Part shown: positions 1 through 9,791 of the stretch, piece after piece | How the letters are laid out: each line of letters begins with the position of its first letter | Position numbering within the stretch: position 1 is the first letter of the stretch | Source of the DNA: an uncultured Clostridia bacterium | Lineage (GTDB): Bacteria > Bacillota > Clostridia > Christensenellales > CAG-138 | Direction of reading: 5' to 3' | NCBI GenBank assembly: GCA_946625575.1 | Contig: CAMOTD010000001.1 | Location: 67,279-131,278 of the forward strand | Length of the DNA stretch: 64,000 nucleotides | Notes under the pieces: generated by a model | Seen by the model: only the letters and a program-made list of their open reading frames with translations | What the model was told of the DNA's origin: nothing | Database searches by the model: none | Program-made: the position numbers and the translations under genes

Positions 1-203
1 GTATCGGTGGGCTGAGCGCCGTTCTTCATCCAGTTCTTTGCCTTCTCGACGTCTACCTTGAGCTCAACGGGCTCAACGATGGGGTTGTAGTAACCGATCT
101 CCTCAACGAAAGAACCGCCCCTGGGAGCGCGGGAATCAGCGACGACGATACGGTAGAAGGGAGCCTTCTTTGCGCCCATGCGGCGAAGCCTGATCTTTAA
201 CAT
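1..203 (-). CDS. rpsP: 30S ribosomal protein S16 (3' end runs off the window)
   Basis: Minus strand from ATG at 203 reads [41 protein letters not shown], the S16 signature. AGGAGG RBS upstream; canonical position after ffh. Not in the ORF track. Confidence 0.97.
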   Translation of the reverse strand, partial: MLKIRLRRMGAKKAPFYRIVVADSRAPRGGSFVEEIGYYNPIVEPVELKVDVEKAKNWMKNGAQPTD

Positions 204-293
204 TTTGATTTCCTCCTGAAATTAATTGTTTTTAATAATTGATTTATTTCCTTACGGCACATGCCGGGGATAGCTGTTTAGGTAATCGGCTTA

Positions 294-1634
294 TCAGAAG
301 CCGAAGAAGCCCTTTTTGCCTTTTTTGCCTTTTTTGAACCGTCCGCCGGTAAGCTGCTTCATCATCTGACGGGTCTGATCGAACTGGTTGAGCAGACGGT
401 TGACCTCCTGGACAGTCGTTCCGCTGCCCTTGGCAATTCGGCGTTTGCGGCTCGCATTCAGTATTTCGGGCTTTGATCTTTCGTAGGGGGTCATTGCGCG
501 AATGATCGCCTCCACCCTGCCAACGGCTTTCTGATCCACCTGCGCGCCCTTAAGCTGCGATGCGTTCATGCCGGGGATCATTCCGACGAGCTCGTCGAGC
601 GAACCCATGCTCTTAACCTGCTGGAACTGATCCAGAAAATCGTCGAGCGTGAATTCATCCTTACGGATCTTTGCGGTCAACTCGAGTGCTTTCTTTTCGT
701 CAAACGCCTTTTCCGCCTTCTCGATAAGGGTGAGCATGTCGCCCATGCCGAGTATCCTCGACGCCATACGGTCGGGATGGAAGACTTCAAGATCCGTGAG
801 CTTCTCGCCCGTACCGGAGAATTTGATCGGCTGCCCAGTCACTTCCCTTACGGAAAGCGCCGCGCCGCCCCTTGTATCGCCGTCGAGCTTGGTGAGGATA
901 ACGCCGGTAAGCCCAAGCTTTTCGTGGAACGATTTAGCAACGTTTACAGCGTCCTGGCCGGTCATTGCGTCGACGACGAGCAGTATCTCGGAAGGCGAGG
1001 TCGCTTCCTTTATGGCGGCGATCTCATCCATCATGGTCTCGTCTATGTGCAGACGACCCGCGGTATCGACGATCACGACGTCAAGGAAATTCCTCTCGGC
1101 GAATTCAACTGCTAGCTTAGCCGTCTCAACGGGATCCGCCTGTCCGCGCTCGAATACCTTTACGCCGGCTTTCTCGCCGACGATCTTGAGCTGATCGATC
1201 GCGGCGGGACGGTAGATATCGCAGGCGACAAGGAGCGTGTCCTTGGATTGGTGCTTCTTGAGGTAAGTTGCGAGCTTGCCGGCCATCGTTGTTTTACCGG
1301 CGCCTTGAAGACCTGCAAGCAGGAACACAGAGGGTTTTCTGGAGCCGTATTCAAGCTTGGCAGCCTGACCGCCCATAAGGGAAGTCAGCTCCTCGTTGAC
1401 GATTTTGATGACCTGCTGCGCCGGAGTGAGGCTTTCAAGCACTTCGCTCCCGACGGCGCGCTCGGTAACGTGGTTGATAAAACTCTTGACGACGGTATAG
1501 TTTACGTCAGCCTCGAGAAGCGCGAGCCTGACTTCGCGAAGGGACTCTTTGACTTCCTTTTCGGAAAGCTTGCCCTTGTTGCCGAGTTTTTTGAAAATAT
1601 TCTGAAGCTTTGACGCGAGTCCTTCAAATGCCAT
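294..1634 (-). CDS. ffh: Signal recognition particle protein Ffh
   Basis: GLQGAGKTT, DTAGR and TKLDGDTRGG SRP-GTPase motifs; Met-rich M domain with SRKRRIAKGSG. Confidence 0.98.
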   Translation of the reverse strand: MAFEGLASKLQNIFKKLGNKGKLSEKEVKESLREVRLALLEADVNYTVVKSFINHVTERAVGSEVLESLTPAQQVIKIVNEELTSLMGGQAAKLEYGSRKPSVFLLAGLQGAGKTTMAGKLATYLKKHQSKDTLLVACDIYRPAAIDQLKIVGEKAGVKVFERGQADPVETAKLAVEFAERNFLDVVIVDTAGRLHIDETMMDEIAAIKEATSPSEILLVVDAMTGQDAVNVAKSFHEKLGLTGVILTKLDGDTRGGAALSVREVTGQPIKFSGTGEKLTDLEVFHPDRMASRILGMGDMLTLIEKAEKAFDEKKALELTAKIRKDEFTLDDFLDQFQQVKSMGSLDELVGMIPGMNASQLKGAQVDQKAVGRVEAIIRAMTPYERSKPEILNASRKRRIAKGSGTTVQEVNRLLNQFDQTRQMMKQLTGGRFKKGKKGKKGFFGF

Positions 1635-1652
1635 ATCGCAGCCTCCAAATCA

Positions 1653-1991
1653 TTATTTTATGAGCGCCCTGATCCGGGAAACTGCGGAATCGACCGCAGC
1701 CTTCACATCTTCTGCCGAATCGGAGCCGCCGGCAGACTCCAGAAGCGCAAGTATCGAGCGGAGCTCTTTGTCCTTAGCGATCAGCCCGAGCTTGCTTTCG
1801 CATTCGGTAAGCTGTGCGGAAGCCTTTGAAAGGCAGTCCCTGACGCCTTGGCGGGAAACTCCGACCTCTTCCGCGATCTCCTTGAGCGACATATCCTCAT
1901 CGGCGCTTAAACGCATGAGCTCCCTCTGCCTTTCGGTCAGGAAGGAGGAATAGTAATCAAGGAGAAGTGATAATTCGGCTTTTTCAGTCAT
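1653..1991 (-). CDS. ylxM: YlxM/p13 family HTH protein
   Basis: LLDYYSSFLTERQRE...DMSLKEIAEEVGVSRQGVRD pattern; directly upstream of ffh. Confidence 0.9.
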   Translation of the reverse strand: MTEKAELSLLLDYYSSFLTERQRELMRLSADEDMSLKEIAEEVGVSRQGVRDCLSKASAQLTECESKLGLIAKDKELRSILALLESAGGSDSAEDVKAAVDSAVSRIRALIK

Positions 1992-2023
1992 TTTCTATCC
2001 GCCTTTGGTTTGCCGTACATTGC

Positions 2024-2045
2024 TGTAAAGCAGTTTTACTTTACA
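2024..2045. promoter_or_regulatory. Palindrome TGTAAAG-N8-CTTTACA just downstream of the predicted ylxM-ffh transcription start
   Basis: Perfect 7-bp inverted repeat seen in sequence; function inferred. Confidence 0.6.
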
Positions 2046-2053
2046 CTTCTACG

Positions 2054-2081
2054 ATTATACACTATAAATCGATATTGTCAA
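2054..2081 (-). promoter_or_regulatory. sigmaA promoter for ylxM-ffh-rpsP
   Basis: Minus strand TTGACA (2081-2076), 16 nt spacer, TATAAT (2059-2054). Confidence 0.8.
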
Positions 2082-2103
2082 CCGAATTGTCAAATATATT
2101 TGA

Positions 2104-2132
2104 TTGTTTTTTCTGGAAGCAGGATGTATAAT
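2104..2132 (+). promoter_or_regulatory. sigmaA promoter for plsX
   Basis: TTGTTT, 17 nt spacer, TATAAT. Confidence 0.65.
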
Positions 2133-2172
2133 ACTCGACGGAATAAACGCATTGAAAGGCAAGGATCGAACA

Positions 2173-3189
2173 ATGAAGCTTGTAATAGACGCATACGGCG
2201 GGGACAACGCTCCCGGCGCAGTTATAGAAGGCGTATGCCAGGCGCTCCGCGAATGGGGCGATTTTGACGTAATTCTCACCGGCGACGAAGCGGGAATAAA
2301 GGCTGAGCTTGAAAAGCGCAGATTTACCGATACCGAGAGGATCACGATCATACACGCTCCCCAGGTCATCACCTGCGACGAGCAGCCAACCGTAGCCGTA
2401 AAGCGCAAGAAGGATTCGTCCCTCGTCGCCGCCATGAACGTGATGGCGAACCATGAAGCGGATTGCCTTATCTCCGCAGGCAGCACAGGCGCCGTATTGA
2501 CAGGCGCGACATTGATAGTAAGAAGGATACCCGGCGTCAAGCGCCCCGCGCTCGCACCTCTCCTCCCGACCGTATCAAAGCCGGTAATGCTGCTTGACAG
2601 CGGTGCTAATTCCGACTGCAAGCCGGAGTATCTTCAGCAGTTCGCGATCATGGGATCGGCTTATATGGAGGGCGTTATGGGCGTCGGCTCCCCCGCCGTC
2701 GGACTTATCAACAACGGTGAGGAGGCCGCAAAGGGAAGCGAGCTTTCAAAAGCGGCTTATGCGCTGCTGAAGGACACGAAGGTCAACTTCACCGGCAACT
2801 GCGAAGCGAGGGAAATATTCTCCGGCAAATACGACGTCCTCGTTACCGACGGCTTTACGGGCAACGTGATATTGAAGGAGGCGGAAGGTTTTGCGGAAGC
2901 CCTGTTCAAGATACTGAAGCGCGAGCTTCGTTCTTCTGTTAAATCTAAATTGGGCGCGGGGCTTGCCAAACCCGCGTTCAAACGCGTAAAAAAACAGATG
3001 GATTACGCCGAATACGGCGGCGCGCCGCTTCTGGGCATAAACGGCGGAATAATCAAGGCGCACGGTTCGAGCGACGCAAAGGCGTTCGTCTCCGCAATTC
3101 GCCAGGCTAGGCTGTACGTTTCGGGCGGAGTTACCGAAAAGATAGCGGATCGTATCTCCGACATGGCAAATAATGAAACCAATGATTGA
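2173..3189 (+). CDS. plsX: Phosphate acyltransferase PlsX
   Basis: MKLVIDAYGGDNAP, SAGSTGA, LLDSGAN, DGFTGN, KAHGSS motifs; start moved to ATG 2173 after AAGGA. Confidence 0.97.
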   Translation: MKLVIDAYGGDNAPGAVIEGVCQALREWGDFDVILTGDEAGIKAELEKRRFTDTERITIIHAPQVITCDEQPTVAVKRKKDSSLVAAMNVMANHEADCLISAGSTGAVLTGATLIVRRIPGVKRPALAPLLPTVSKPVMLLDSGANSDCKPEYLQQFAIMGSAYMEGVMGVGSPAVGLINNGEEAAKGSELSKAAYALLKDTKVNFTGNCEAREIFSGKYDVLVTDGFTGNVILKEAEGFAEALFKILKRELRSSVKSKLGAGLAKPAFKRVKKQMDYAEYGGAPLLGINGGIIKAHGSSDAKAFVSAIRQARLYVSGGVTEKIADRISDMANNETND

Positions 3190-3214
3190 CATATTGCGAT
3201 TTATGGTTTACAAT
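3186..3214 (+). promoter_or_regulatory. Internal sigmaA promoter for acpP
   Basis: TTGACA (overlapping the plsX stop), 17 nt spacer, TACAAT. Confidence 0.75.
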
Positions 3215-3253
3215 AACGCAAGTAAAATCCCAAGAAAGGCGGAAATATAAATA

Positions 3254-3478
3254 ATGTTTGAAGAAATTCGTGATTCTATAGCTTCCCAGCTCAATATCCC
3301 CGCGGAGAACATCACTCCCGAGACCCGTTTCGTCGAAGACCTCAAGGCAGATTCCCTTGATCTTGTAGAGCTTGTTATGGATCTTGAAGATCGTTACGGC
3401 GTGGAGATCCCCGATGAGCAGCTTGCCGAGGTCAAGACCGTCGGTCAGATCATCGAGCTCATTGAGAATAACAAATAA
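3254..3478 (+). CDS. acpP: Acyl carrier protein
   Basis: DLKADSLDLVELVM phosphopantetheine site; acidic, 74 aa; between plsX and rnc. Confidence 0.97.
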   Translation: MFEEIRDSIASQLNIPAENITPETRFVEDLKADSLDLVELVMDLEDRYGVEIPDEQLAEVKTVGQIIELIENNK

Positions 3479-3489
3479 TGTCAATGCAT

Positions 3490-3534
3490 GCCAATCGCCT
3501 GCATCGGCTTAAAACCGCCGTGTAGGCCTTTGGC
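3490..3534 (+). other. Long imperfect hairpin between acpP and rnc
   Basis: Arms GCCAA/TTGGC, GCCTGCA/TGTAGGC and CGGC/GCCG, followed by a T-rich run. Confidence 0.6.
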
Positions 3535-3580
3535 TTGTTTTGGAATTCAATTCACCCATCGTTTAACATTGAAAGAATCT

Positions 3581-4318
3581 ATGAAAATCAACGAAAAAAG
3601 GTGTTCTGAGCTTTTGAAGCTTCAGGAGACCCTTGGTTACTCTTTTAACGATATCGCGCTTCTCAATACCGCGCTCACGCATACTTCCTACGTTAAAGGT
3701 GAGAATCGCGGAGCCGGTCATAATGAACGGCTCGAGTTTTTGGGCGACGCCGTGCTCGAGCTCATCGTCAGCGAATACCTTTTTGTTAACAATCCATATA
3801 TGAACGAAGGTCTTATGACCCGCGTACGTTCCCGCGCCGTTTACGAGAACGCTCTTTTTGACGCGGCGATGAACATCTCTCTCGGCAAATATCTGCTTTT
3901 GAGCCACGGCGAGGAGCATACCGGCGGACGGGAGAAGCCCTCCATCCTTTCGGATGCGCTTGAAGCTGTCATCGGCGCCATGTATATCGACGGAGGTATC
4001 GAGCCTGTAAAGCGCTTTATACTCGGATTTGCGGTAGAGTCTATCAACGAAGCGGTAAAGACCGTAACCGTCAAGGACTTCAAGACGCTTTTGCAGGAGT
4101 ACGTTCAGCAGAACCATTCCGGTTCGCTTGAATACAACGTGCTCGCCGTCAGCGGTCCCGATCATAAGCGCGTTTTCACAATGGAAGTCGTTATCAACGG
4201 CAAGGCGTACGGCAAAGGTCGCGGCTGTTCCAAGCAGGAAGCCGGTCAGAACGCCGCCCACGCGACCCTCGTGATGCTCGGCGCAATTAAACCCGATGCC
4301 GCGGAGGTGAACGAATGA
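3581..4318 (+). CDS. rnc: Ribonuclease III
   Basis: NERLEFLGDAVL signature, DALEAVIGA, C-terminal dsRBD (DFKTLLQE...GPDH...SKQEAGQNAA). Start approximate. Confidence 0.97.
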   Translation: MKINEKRCSELLKLQETLGYSFNDIALLNTALTHTSYVKGENRGAGHNERLEFLGDAVLELIVSEYLFVNNPYMNEGLMTRVRSRAVYENALFDAAMNISLGKYLLLSHGEEHTGGREKPSILSDALEAVIGAMYIDGGIEPVKRFILGFAVESINEAVKTVTVKDFKTLLQEYVQQNHSGSLEYNVLAVSGPDHKRVFTMEVVINGKAYGKGRGCSKQEAGQNAAHATLVMLGAIKPDAAEVNE

Positions 4319-7300
4319 GGCTCACAAGGATAGACATAAACGGATTTAAGTCCTTCGCCAAAAAGCAGGAGCTCTCCTTTCCCGACGGTATCACAGCTAT
4401 AATCGGTCCGAACGGATGCGGCAAAAGCAATATTGCGGATGCGTTCCGTTTTGTGCTCGGCGAACAGAGCGCAAGGGCTCTCAGAGGCAAAAAGGTCGAG
4501 GATTTCATATTCGGCGGGACGCAGAAGCGCCGCCCGCTCTCCTTCTGCGAAGTTTCGCTGCATTTCGACAATGCCGACGGCGAGCTTAAAACCCCCTACA
4601 GCGAGGTTTGCATCACCCGCCGCGCTTATCGCTCCGGCGAAAGCGAATACTATATCAACAATACTTCCTGCAGGCTCAAGGATATCCATGAGCTTTTCCG
4701 CGATACAGGCGTCGGTAAGGACGGATATTCCATCATCGGTCAGGGACGCGTTTCCGAGATAATCTCCGAAAAGAGCGCCGACAGACGCACCGCCTTTGAA
4801 GAAGCCGCGGGCGTTATGAAATACCGCGCCCGTAAGGAGGAAGCTGAAAGGAAGCTCCTCAATACGCAGAAAAACCTTGTTCGTCTCGACGATATCCTCA
4901 TCGAGCTCGAAGGCAGGATCGAGCCGCTTCGCGAGCAGAGCGAAAAGGCGATCCGATTCCTTAAACTTCGTGATGAATTGAAGGATATAGACGTCAATCT
5001 GTTTATCTATCAGTTTGAAAGATCAAACGAAAGGATCCGTCAGATCGGCGAAAACCTTGCTCAGATCAGGGAACAGATCGAGGAAAGCGAGACCTCCGGC
5101 AGCGTTCTCGCGGCTTCTCTTGCAGAGGGTGAAGAAGCCGAAAGGAGCATCTCGCAGGCCATAAGCGAAGTATCGCAAAAGCTCCTTGCGGCTACTGCCA
5201 ACGTCGAGGCGCATTCCGGTGAGGAAAAGGTCCTTAACGAGCGCATCGGCGCGCTTGAAAAGGAACGCGAAAGGCTGCTTGCGGAATCTTCCGCGGCAAG
5301 GGCCGGGATCGAAGAACGCACGGAGAAGTTAAGCGAACTTGAGAAAAAGCTCGCCGGACTCAAGGCCCAGATCGAATCTGCTGAAGAGGAAGTCAGCGCC
5401 GCTCAGCTTTACCTGGACGGATGCGAAGAAAAGCTCTCCCGGAAGGAAGACGAGCTCGAGTCCGAAAAGCAGGCGATGATGGACAGGATCAACAGACTGT
5501 CCGACGCGAAGAGCCGTATGTCAAGGCTCGACGAAATGAAGAACGCGCTGCTTCGCCGCATAGACGCTATCGGCGCTGAAAAGGCGTCGGTTGCCGAAGA
5601 GGGCGAAAAGCTCAAAGCCGAAAACGACGAATGCGCGGCGGAAGGCAAAAAGCTCGACGCCGAGCTTGAGACGCTTTCAGGGAAGCAGAACGAATCGATA
5701 TCCCGCATCAATTCGATCAATCAAAACATACTTGAATTGAAGCGTGACGAACGAAAGCTCGACAACGAGCTTGAATCGGTAAGATCAAGGAGCCGCGTGC
5801 TTGCCGAAATGAAGCGCGCGCACGAGGGATATTATTCGAGCGTACGCGACCTTCTGCGCGACGCGGAAAGGGATACATCCCTCTCCTCTTTGATCGAAGG
5901 CGTCGTTGCGGAGCTCATTTCTGTCCCCGCCGAATATGAGACCGCAGTTGAAATGGCGCTCGGCTCCGCTCTCCAGAACATCGTCGTTCCCACGGAGCAG
6001 GAGGCAAAGCGGGTAATTGAGTATCTGCGTATGAAAAAATACGGCAGAGCGACGCTTTTGCCCGTCAGCGCAATGCGTTCGAGGCTGCTCACGAATGAAG
6101 AACGCTCCTATTTGAACGTTGAAGGATGCTTCGGCGTCGCTTCGGAGCTCATCGGTTTCGCGCCCCGTTACAAGGGGATCGCCGAAAACCTGCTCGGAAG
6201 GACCGTTATCGTACGCGATCTCGACGTGGGTATCGCCATCAACAAAAAGGCAAGATCCTCCTTCAGGATAGCGACGCTTCAGGGCGATATTATGAACCCC
6301 GGCGGGTCTATGACGGGCGGCAGCGCCCAGAAACGGGAATTCAGTCTGCTCGGCAGAGAAAGAGAGCTTGAGCAGTTAAAGAAACGCGCCAAATCGATAC
6401 AGGATGAATCTGAAAAGCTTGCCCAAAGATCCGCGGCGTTCGACAGCGAGCTTGAAAGTGCGAACGAAGCCGCCTCCTCTATCGCCGACGAGATGCGCAA
6501 GCTTGAGATAAGAAGAGCCGCTTTCCGTGAGAAACACGATATAGTTCTTCAATACGTTGAAAAGAACCGTCAGCGTATGGAGCGGTTTGAAGCGGAGCTC
6601 AGCCAGATCTCCGATAATATCGCGGATATCGACAGCCAGACGACCGAGGCGGAAAAGCTCGAGAGCGGCTTGAATTCAAGCAATGTAACTACCGCCGAGG
6701 ATATCAAGCGCATACAGGCGGAGATAGTAGTCCTGCGTAAGGAGCAGCAGGACGCCTCTGAAAGGCTGACGGCAGCGAAGGTTTGCGAGGTTGCCGTTAA
6801 TAAAGAGGACGCCGCCGCAAGGTACGAGCTTGACAGGATCAATAAAGAACTCGGTCAGCTTACCGAATCGTCGAAGAAGAACGTCGAAGACAGCGCTTCT
6901 ATAGCAGACGAGATCCGTGCCTGCCGTGAAAAGCTGTCTGCTATGACAAAGGGCATTTCCACGGAGCGTACGGAAGTCGACTCCCTCACGGACGAGATGC
7001 ATTCGCTTGAGGAAGAGCGCGCGGCAAGGCTCCGCAGCGTAGACGAGCTTCGTTTAAGACGCGAAGAAGCAAACGCTGATCTTAACGATATGCGAGAGCG
7101 CATGCATAAGTATGAGCTCAACCTCAACCGTCTGCAGATGGAGCTTGACAATCTTACCGCCCGTATCTGGAATGATTACGAACTCACTTACGAGAACGCT
7201 TTGCCCTTCCGCCAGCAGATATCGATATCCGCTTCCAACACGCGCGCGGACGAGCTGAGGAAGGAGATCCGTTCTCTCGGAGAAGTCAACACATCTTCCG

Positions 7301-7887
7301 TAGAGGATTATAAGAACGTCGTCGAAAGGCATGCTCAGCTGAAAGCGCAGTGCGACGATCTCAAGCAGGCGGAGACCGATCTTACGGAGATCATCAAGCG
7401 TCTTACCGTAACGATGGAAAAGGAATTCGCCGAACAGTTCAGCAAGATACAGGAGAATTTCAGCGCAACCTTTACAGAGCTGTTCCACGGCGGAAAGGCG
7501 GAGCTCGTGCTTTCGGACAAGAGCGATCTCCTGAACTGCGATATCGATATCATCGCACAGCCGCCGGGAAAGAAGCTCCAGCTCCTCTCCCTCCTCTCCG
7601 GAGGCGAACAGGCGCTCACCGCTATCGCGCTGTTATTCGCGATATTGAAGCTCAAGCCCACGGCGTTCTGCATACTTGACGAGATAGATACTTCGCTCGA
7701 CGAAGCGAACGTCGATAATTTTGCGGAATACCTGAAGGCATATTCCGAAGAAACGCAGTTTATAATAATAACTCACCGCAAGGGCGCTATGGCTGTATGC
7801 GATTCGCTGTACGGCGTTTCGATGGAGGAAAAGGGCGTATCACAGCTCGTTTCCGCAAGGTTCGACAGCAAAGAAGAAACGGCATAA
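4315..7887 (+). CDS. smc: Chromosome segregation protein SMC
   Basis: GFKSF, GPNGCGKSN Walker A, coiled coils, hinge GRATLLP, LSGGE signature, LDEID Walker B. Confidence 0.98.
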   Translation: MRLTRIDINGFKSFAKKQELSFPDGITAIIGPNGCGKSNIADAFRFVLGEQSARALRGKKVEDFIFGGTQKRRPLSFCEVSLHFDNADGELKTPYSEVCITRRAYRSGESEYYINNTSCRLKDIHELFRDTGVGKDGYSIIGQGRVSEIISEKSADRRTAFEEAAGVMKYRARKEEAERKLLNTQKNLVRLDDILIELEGRIEPLREQSEKAIRFLKLRDELKDIDVNLFIYQFERSNERIRQIGENLAQIREQIEESETSGSVLAASLAEGEEAERSISQAISEVSQKLLAATANVEAHSGEEKVLNERIGALEKERERLLAESSAARAGIEERTEKLSELEKKLAGLKAQIESAEEEVSAAQLYLDGCEEKLSRKEDELESEKQAMMDRINRLSDAKSRMSRLDEMKNALLRRIDAIGAEKASVAEEGEKLKAENDECAAEGKKLDAELETLSGKQNESISRINSINQNILELKRDERKLDNELESVRSRSRVLAEMKRAHEGYYSSVRDLLRDAERDTSLSSLIEGVVAELISVPAEYETAVEMALGSALQNIVVPTEQEAKRVIEYLRMKKYGRATLLPVSAMRSRLLTNEERSYLNVEGCFGVASELIGFAPRYKGIAENLLGRTVIVRDLDVGIAINKKARSSFRIATLQGDIMNPGGSMTGGSAQKREFSLLGRERELEQLKKRAKSIQDESEKLAQRSAAFDSELESANEAASSIADEMRKLEIRRAAFREKHDIVLQYVEKNRQRMERFEAELSQISDNIADIDSQTTEAEKLESGLNSSNVTTAEDIKRIQAEIVVLRKEQQDASERLTAAKVCEVAVNKEDAAARYELDRINKELGQLTESSKKNVEDSASIADEIRACREKLSAMTKGISTERTEVDSLTDEMHSLEEERAARLRSVDELRLRREEANADLNDMRERMHKYELNLNRLQMELDNLTARIWNDYELTYENALPFRQQISISASNTRADELRKEIRSLGEVNTSSVEDYKNVVERHAQLKAQCDDLKQAETDLTEIIKRLTVTMEKEFAEQFSKIQENFSATFTELFHGGKAELVLSDKSDLLNCDIDIIAQPPGKKLQLLSLLSGGEQALTAIALLFAILKLKPTAFCILDEIDTSLDEANVDNFAEYLKAYSEETQFIIITHRKGAMAVCDSLYGVSMEEKGVSQLVSARFDSKEETA

Positions 7888-7909
7888 ACAAGCCGGGAAA
7901 GGCGATTTG

Positions 7910-8830
7910 ATGGAAAAGAAAAAGGAAAAGAAACCGGGCTTTTTCGCAAAGCTTAAACAAGGTCTTGAAAAAACGAGGGGCGGGCTTCTCGGCTTCATAT
8001 TCGGAGGCGGCGACGAAAGGGTCAACGCCGAGTTTTACGAGGAGCTTGAAGACGCTCTCATTATGGCGGACGTCGGATTCGACACCACCGAACAGATACT
8101 TGACAAGCTGAAAGCAAGGATCAAGGAAGAGAAGATATCTGAACGGACCGCCGCAAAGGGAGTCCTCATCGATATCATGACCGAATTCATGACTACGGAC
8201 GTTCCCTTCCTCGACGACGAAAAGGATAACGTGATACTTATCGTCGGCGTAAACGGCGTCGGCAAGACCACTTCCATAGGTAAGCTTGCCGCCATGTATA
8301 AGGCGGAGGGCAAAAAGCCCATGCTTGCCGCCGCGGATACCTTCCGTGCCGCCGCCGCAGAACAGCTCACCGTTTGGGCTGACCGCGCAGACGTCCCCAT
8401 CGTCAAGCACGGAGAAGGCGCCGATCCCGCCGCCGTCGTTTTCGACGCGATCGTATCGTATAAAGCAAGAAAAAACGATCTGCTGATCTGCGATACCGCA
8501 GGAAGGCTCCATAACAAGAAGAACCTTATGAACGAGCTTGCGAAAATGCGCCGCGTGATCGACCGCGAGCTTCCCGACGCGCACGTTGAAGTGCTTCTTG
8601 TGCTCGACGCCACCACAGGTCAAAACGCTATTGCACAGGCAAAGGCGTTCGGCGAAAGCTGCGGCCTCACCGGTATCATACTCACGAAGCTCGACGGTAC
8701 GGCAAAAGGCGGCGTATGTATCGCCGTCAGGAACGAGCTCGGTCTTCCCGTCCGCTTCGTAGGCGTCGGAGAAGGAATCGACGATCTTCAGCCTTTCGAC
8801 GCGAGGGCTTTTGCGGAAGCCATGCTTTGA
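7910..8830 (+). CDS. ftsY: SRP receptor FtsY
   Basis: GVNGVGKTTSIGKLA, DTFRAAA, DTAGRLHNK, TKLDGTAKGG. Confidence 0.97.
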   Translation: MEKKKEKKPGFFAKLKQGLEKTRGGLLGFIFGGGDERVNAEFYEELEDALIMADVGFDTTEQILDKLKARIKEEKISERTAAKGVLIDIMTEFMTTDVPFLDDEKDNVILIVGVNGVGKTTSIGKLAAMYKAEGKKPMLAAADTFRAAAAEQLTVWADRADVPIVKHGEGADPAAVVFDAIVSYKARKNDLLICDTAGRLHNKKNLMNELAKMRRVIDRELPDAHVEVLLVLDATTGQNAIAQAKAFGESCGLTGIILTKLDGTAKGGVCIAVRNELGLPVRFVGVGEGIDDLQPFDARAFAEAML

Positions 8831-8843
8831 TGTTAAGCTGTCG

Positions 8844-8871
8844 GAGCAGGAGAAAACCTCCTGCTCTTTTT
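8844..8871 (+). terminator. Intrinsic terminator after ftsY
   Basis: GAGCAGGAG-aaaac-CTCCTGCTC followed by a T run. Confidence 0.8.
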
Positions 8872-9733
8872 ATTTTGCTTTCTGCACGCCGTTAGCGTCA
8901 ATAATGGTTTCCCCGTCAAGCAGAAGCTCGTCGACAGTAACGAAAGTGAATCCGTTTGCCTGCGCGGTCTCGATAAGCGTCGGCAAATACTCCTCGATCT
9001 TATATCCGTTGTTGTGACAAAGAATAATGCTTCCGTCGTCAAGCTTTTTGAAAACGGTATCGAGGATAGTATTCGCGCTCCGTTCGGGCTTCCAGTCGAT
9101 GGTATCGATATCCCATTGGATAGGCTCATGTCCGGTCGAACGAACGGTGCGTATCACATCGTCGTTGTATTCACCGAAAGGCGCGCGAAAGAGCACAGTC
9201 CTCTGCCCCGTTATCTTTTCGATAAGATCGTCAAGCGAAGAGATCTCCTTTTCGACGGCGTCCTGCGAAATTTTCGTCATATGCGGATGTGAAAGCGAAT
9301 GATTCCCTATCGTATGCCCCGCGTCAAATATAGCCTTGACCTGGTCGGGATAGGCTTTCACCCAGACGCCGCAGAGAAAGAACGTGGCTTTTACGTTGTA
9401 TTTTGCAAGCGTTTCCAATATGAACGGGGTTTTGTCCGCGTCCCATGCGGCGTCGATAGTGAGCGCGATCCTTTTATCAGATCGGTCGACTGAGTAAACG
9501 GGAAGCTCTTTTTTGAATCCGGCAAGCACCGTCGCTTCGTATTCCTCGACGGCTGAGACCGTCGACTTAGCAGCGTACGAATCGTTTACAGCCCCGGTCT
9601 GCTCGGTATTGTTGCCGGCTTCTTTTTCGGAACAAGACGAAACGGCTATCGCAGCCGAAATAACAGCGACCGCAGCAAGAACAGCCGCGATCGCGATTAT
9701 CAGAGTTCTTTTGGTTATAACGAAAATCTTCAT
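8870..9733 (-). CDS. Polysaccharide deacetylase (CE4/NodB), PdaB-like sporulation type, N-terminally anchored
   Basis: TIDAAW, GNHSLSHP, FRAPFG, DTIDW, IILCHN motifs; hydrophobic N-terminus. Confidence 0.88.
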   Translation of the reverse strand: MKIFVITKRTLIIAIAAVLAAVAVISAAIAVSSCSEKEAGNNTEQTGAVNDSYAAKSTVSAVEEYEATVLAGFKKELPVYSVDRSDKRIALTIDAAWDADKTPFILETLAKYNVKATFFLCGVWVKAYPDQVKAIFDAGHTIGNHSLSHPHMTKISQDAVEKEISSLDDLIEKITGQRTVLFRAPFGEYNDDVIRTVRSTGHEPIQWDIDTIDWKPERSANTILDTVFKKLDDGSIILCHNNGYKIEEYLPTLIETAQANGFTFVTVDELLLDGETIIDANGVQKAK

Positions 9734-9761
9734 CCATGCGCCTCCAAAACATTTATACCGG

Positions 9762-9790
9762 ATTATATGCTTTGGAAGAGCGGGAATAGA
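9762..9790 (-). promoter_or_regulatory. Sporulation-sigma (sigmaE-like) promoter for the deacetylase
   Basis: Minus strand CATATAAT -10 at 9769-9762 upstream of a GGAGG RBS; weak -35. Confidence 0.5.
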
Positions 9791-9791
9791 A

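Noticed and set aside
2074-2094. Direct repeat ATTGTCAA as Spo0A boxes
   Set aside because: Each differs from TGNCGAA, and one copy is simply the TTGACA -35 of the ylxM promoter.
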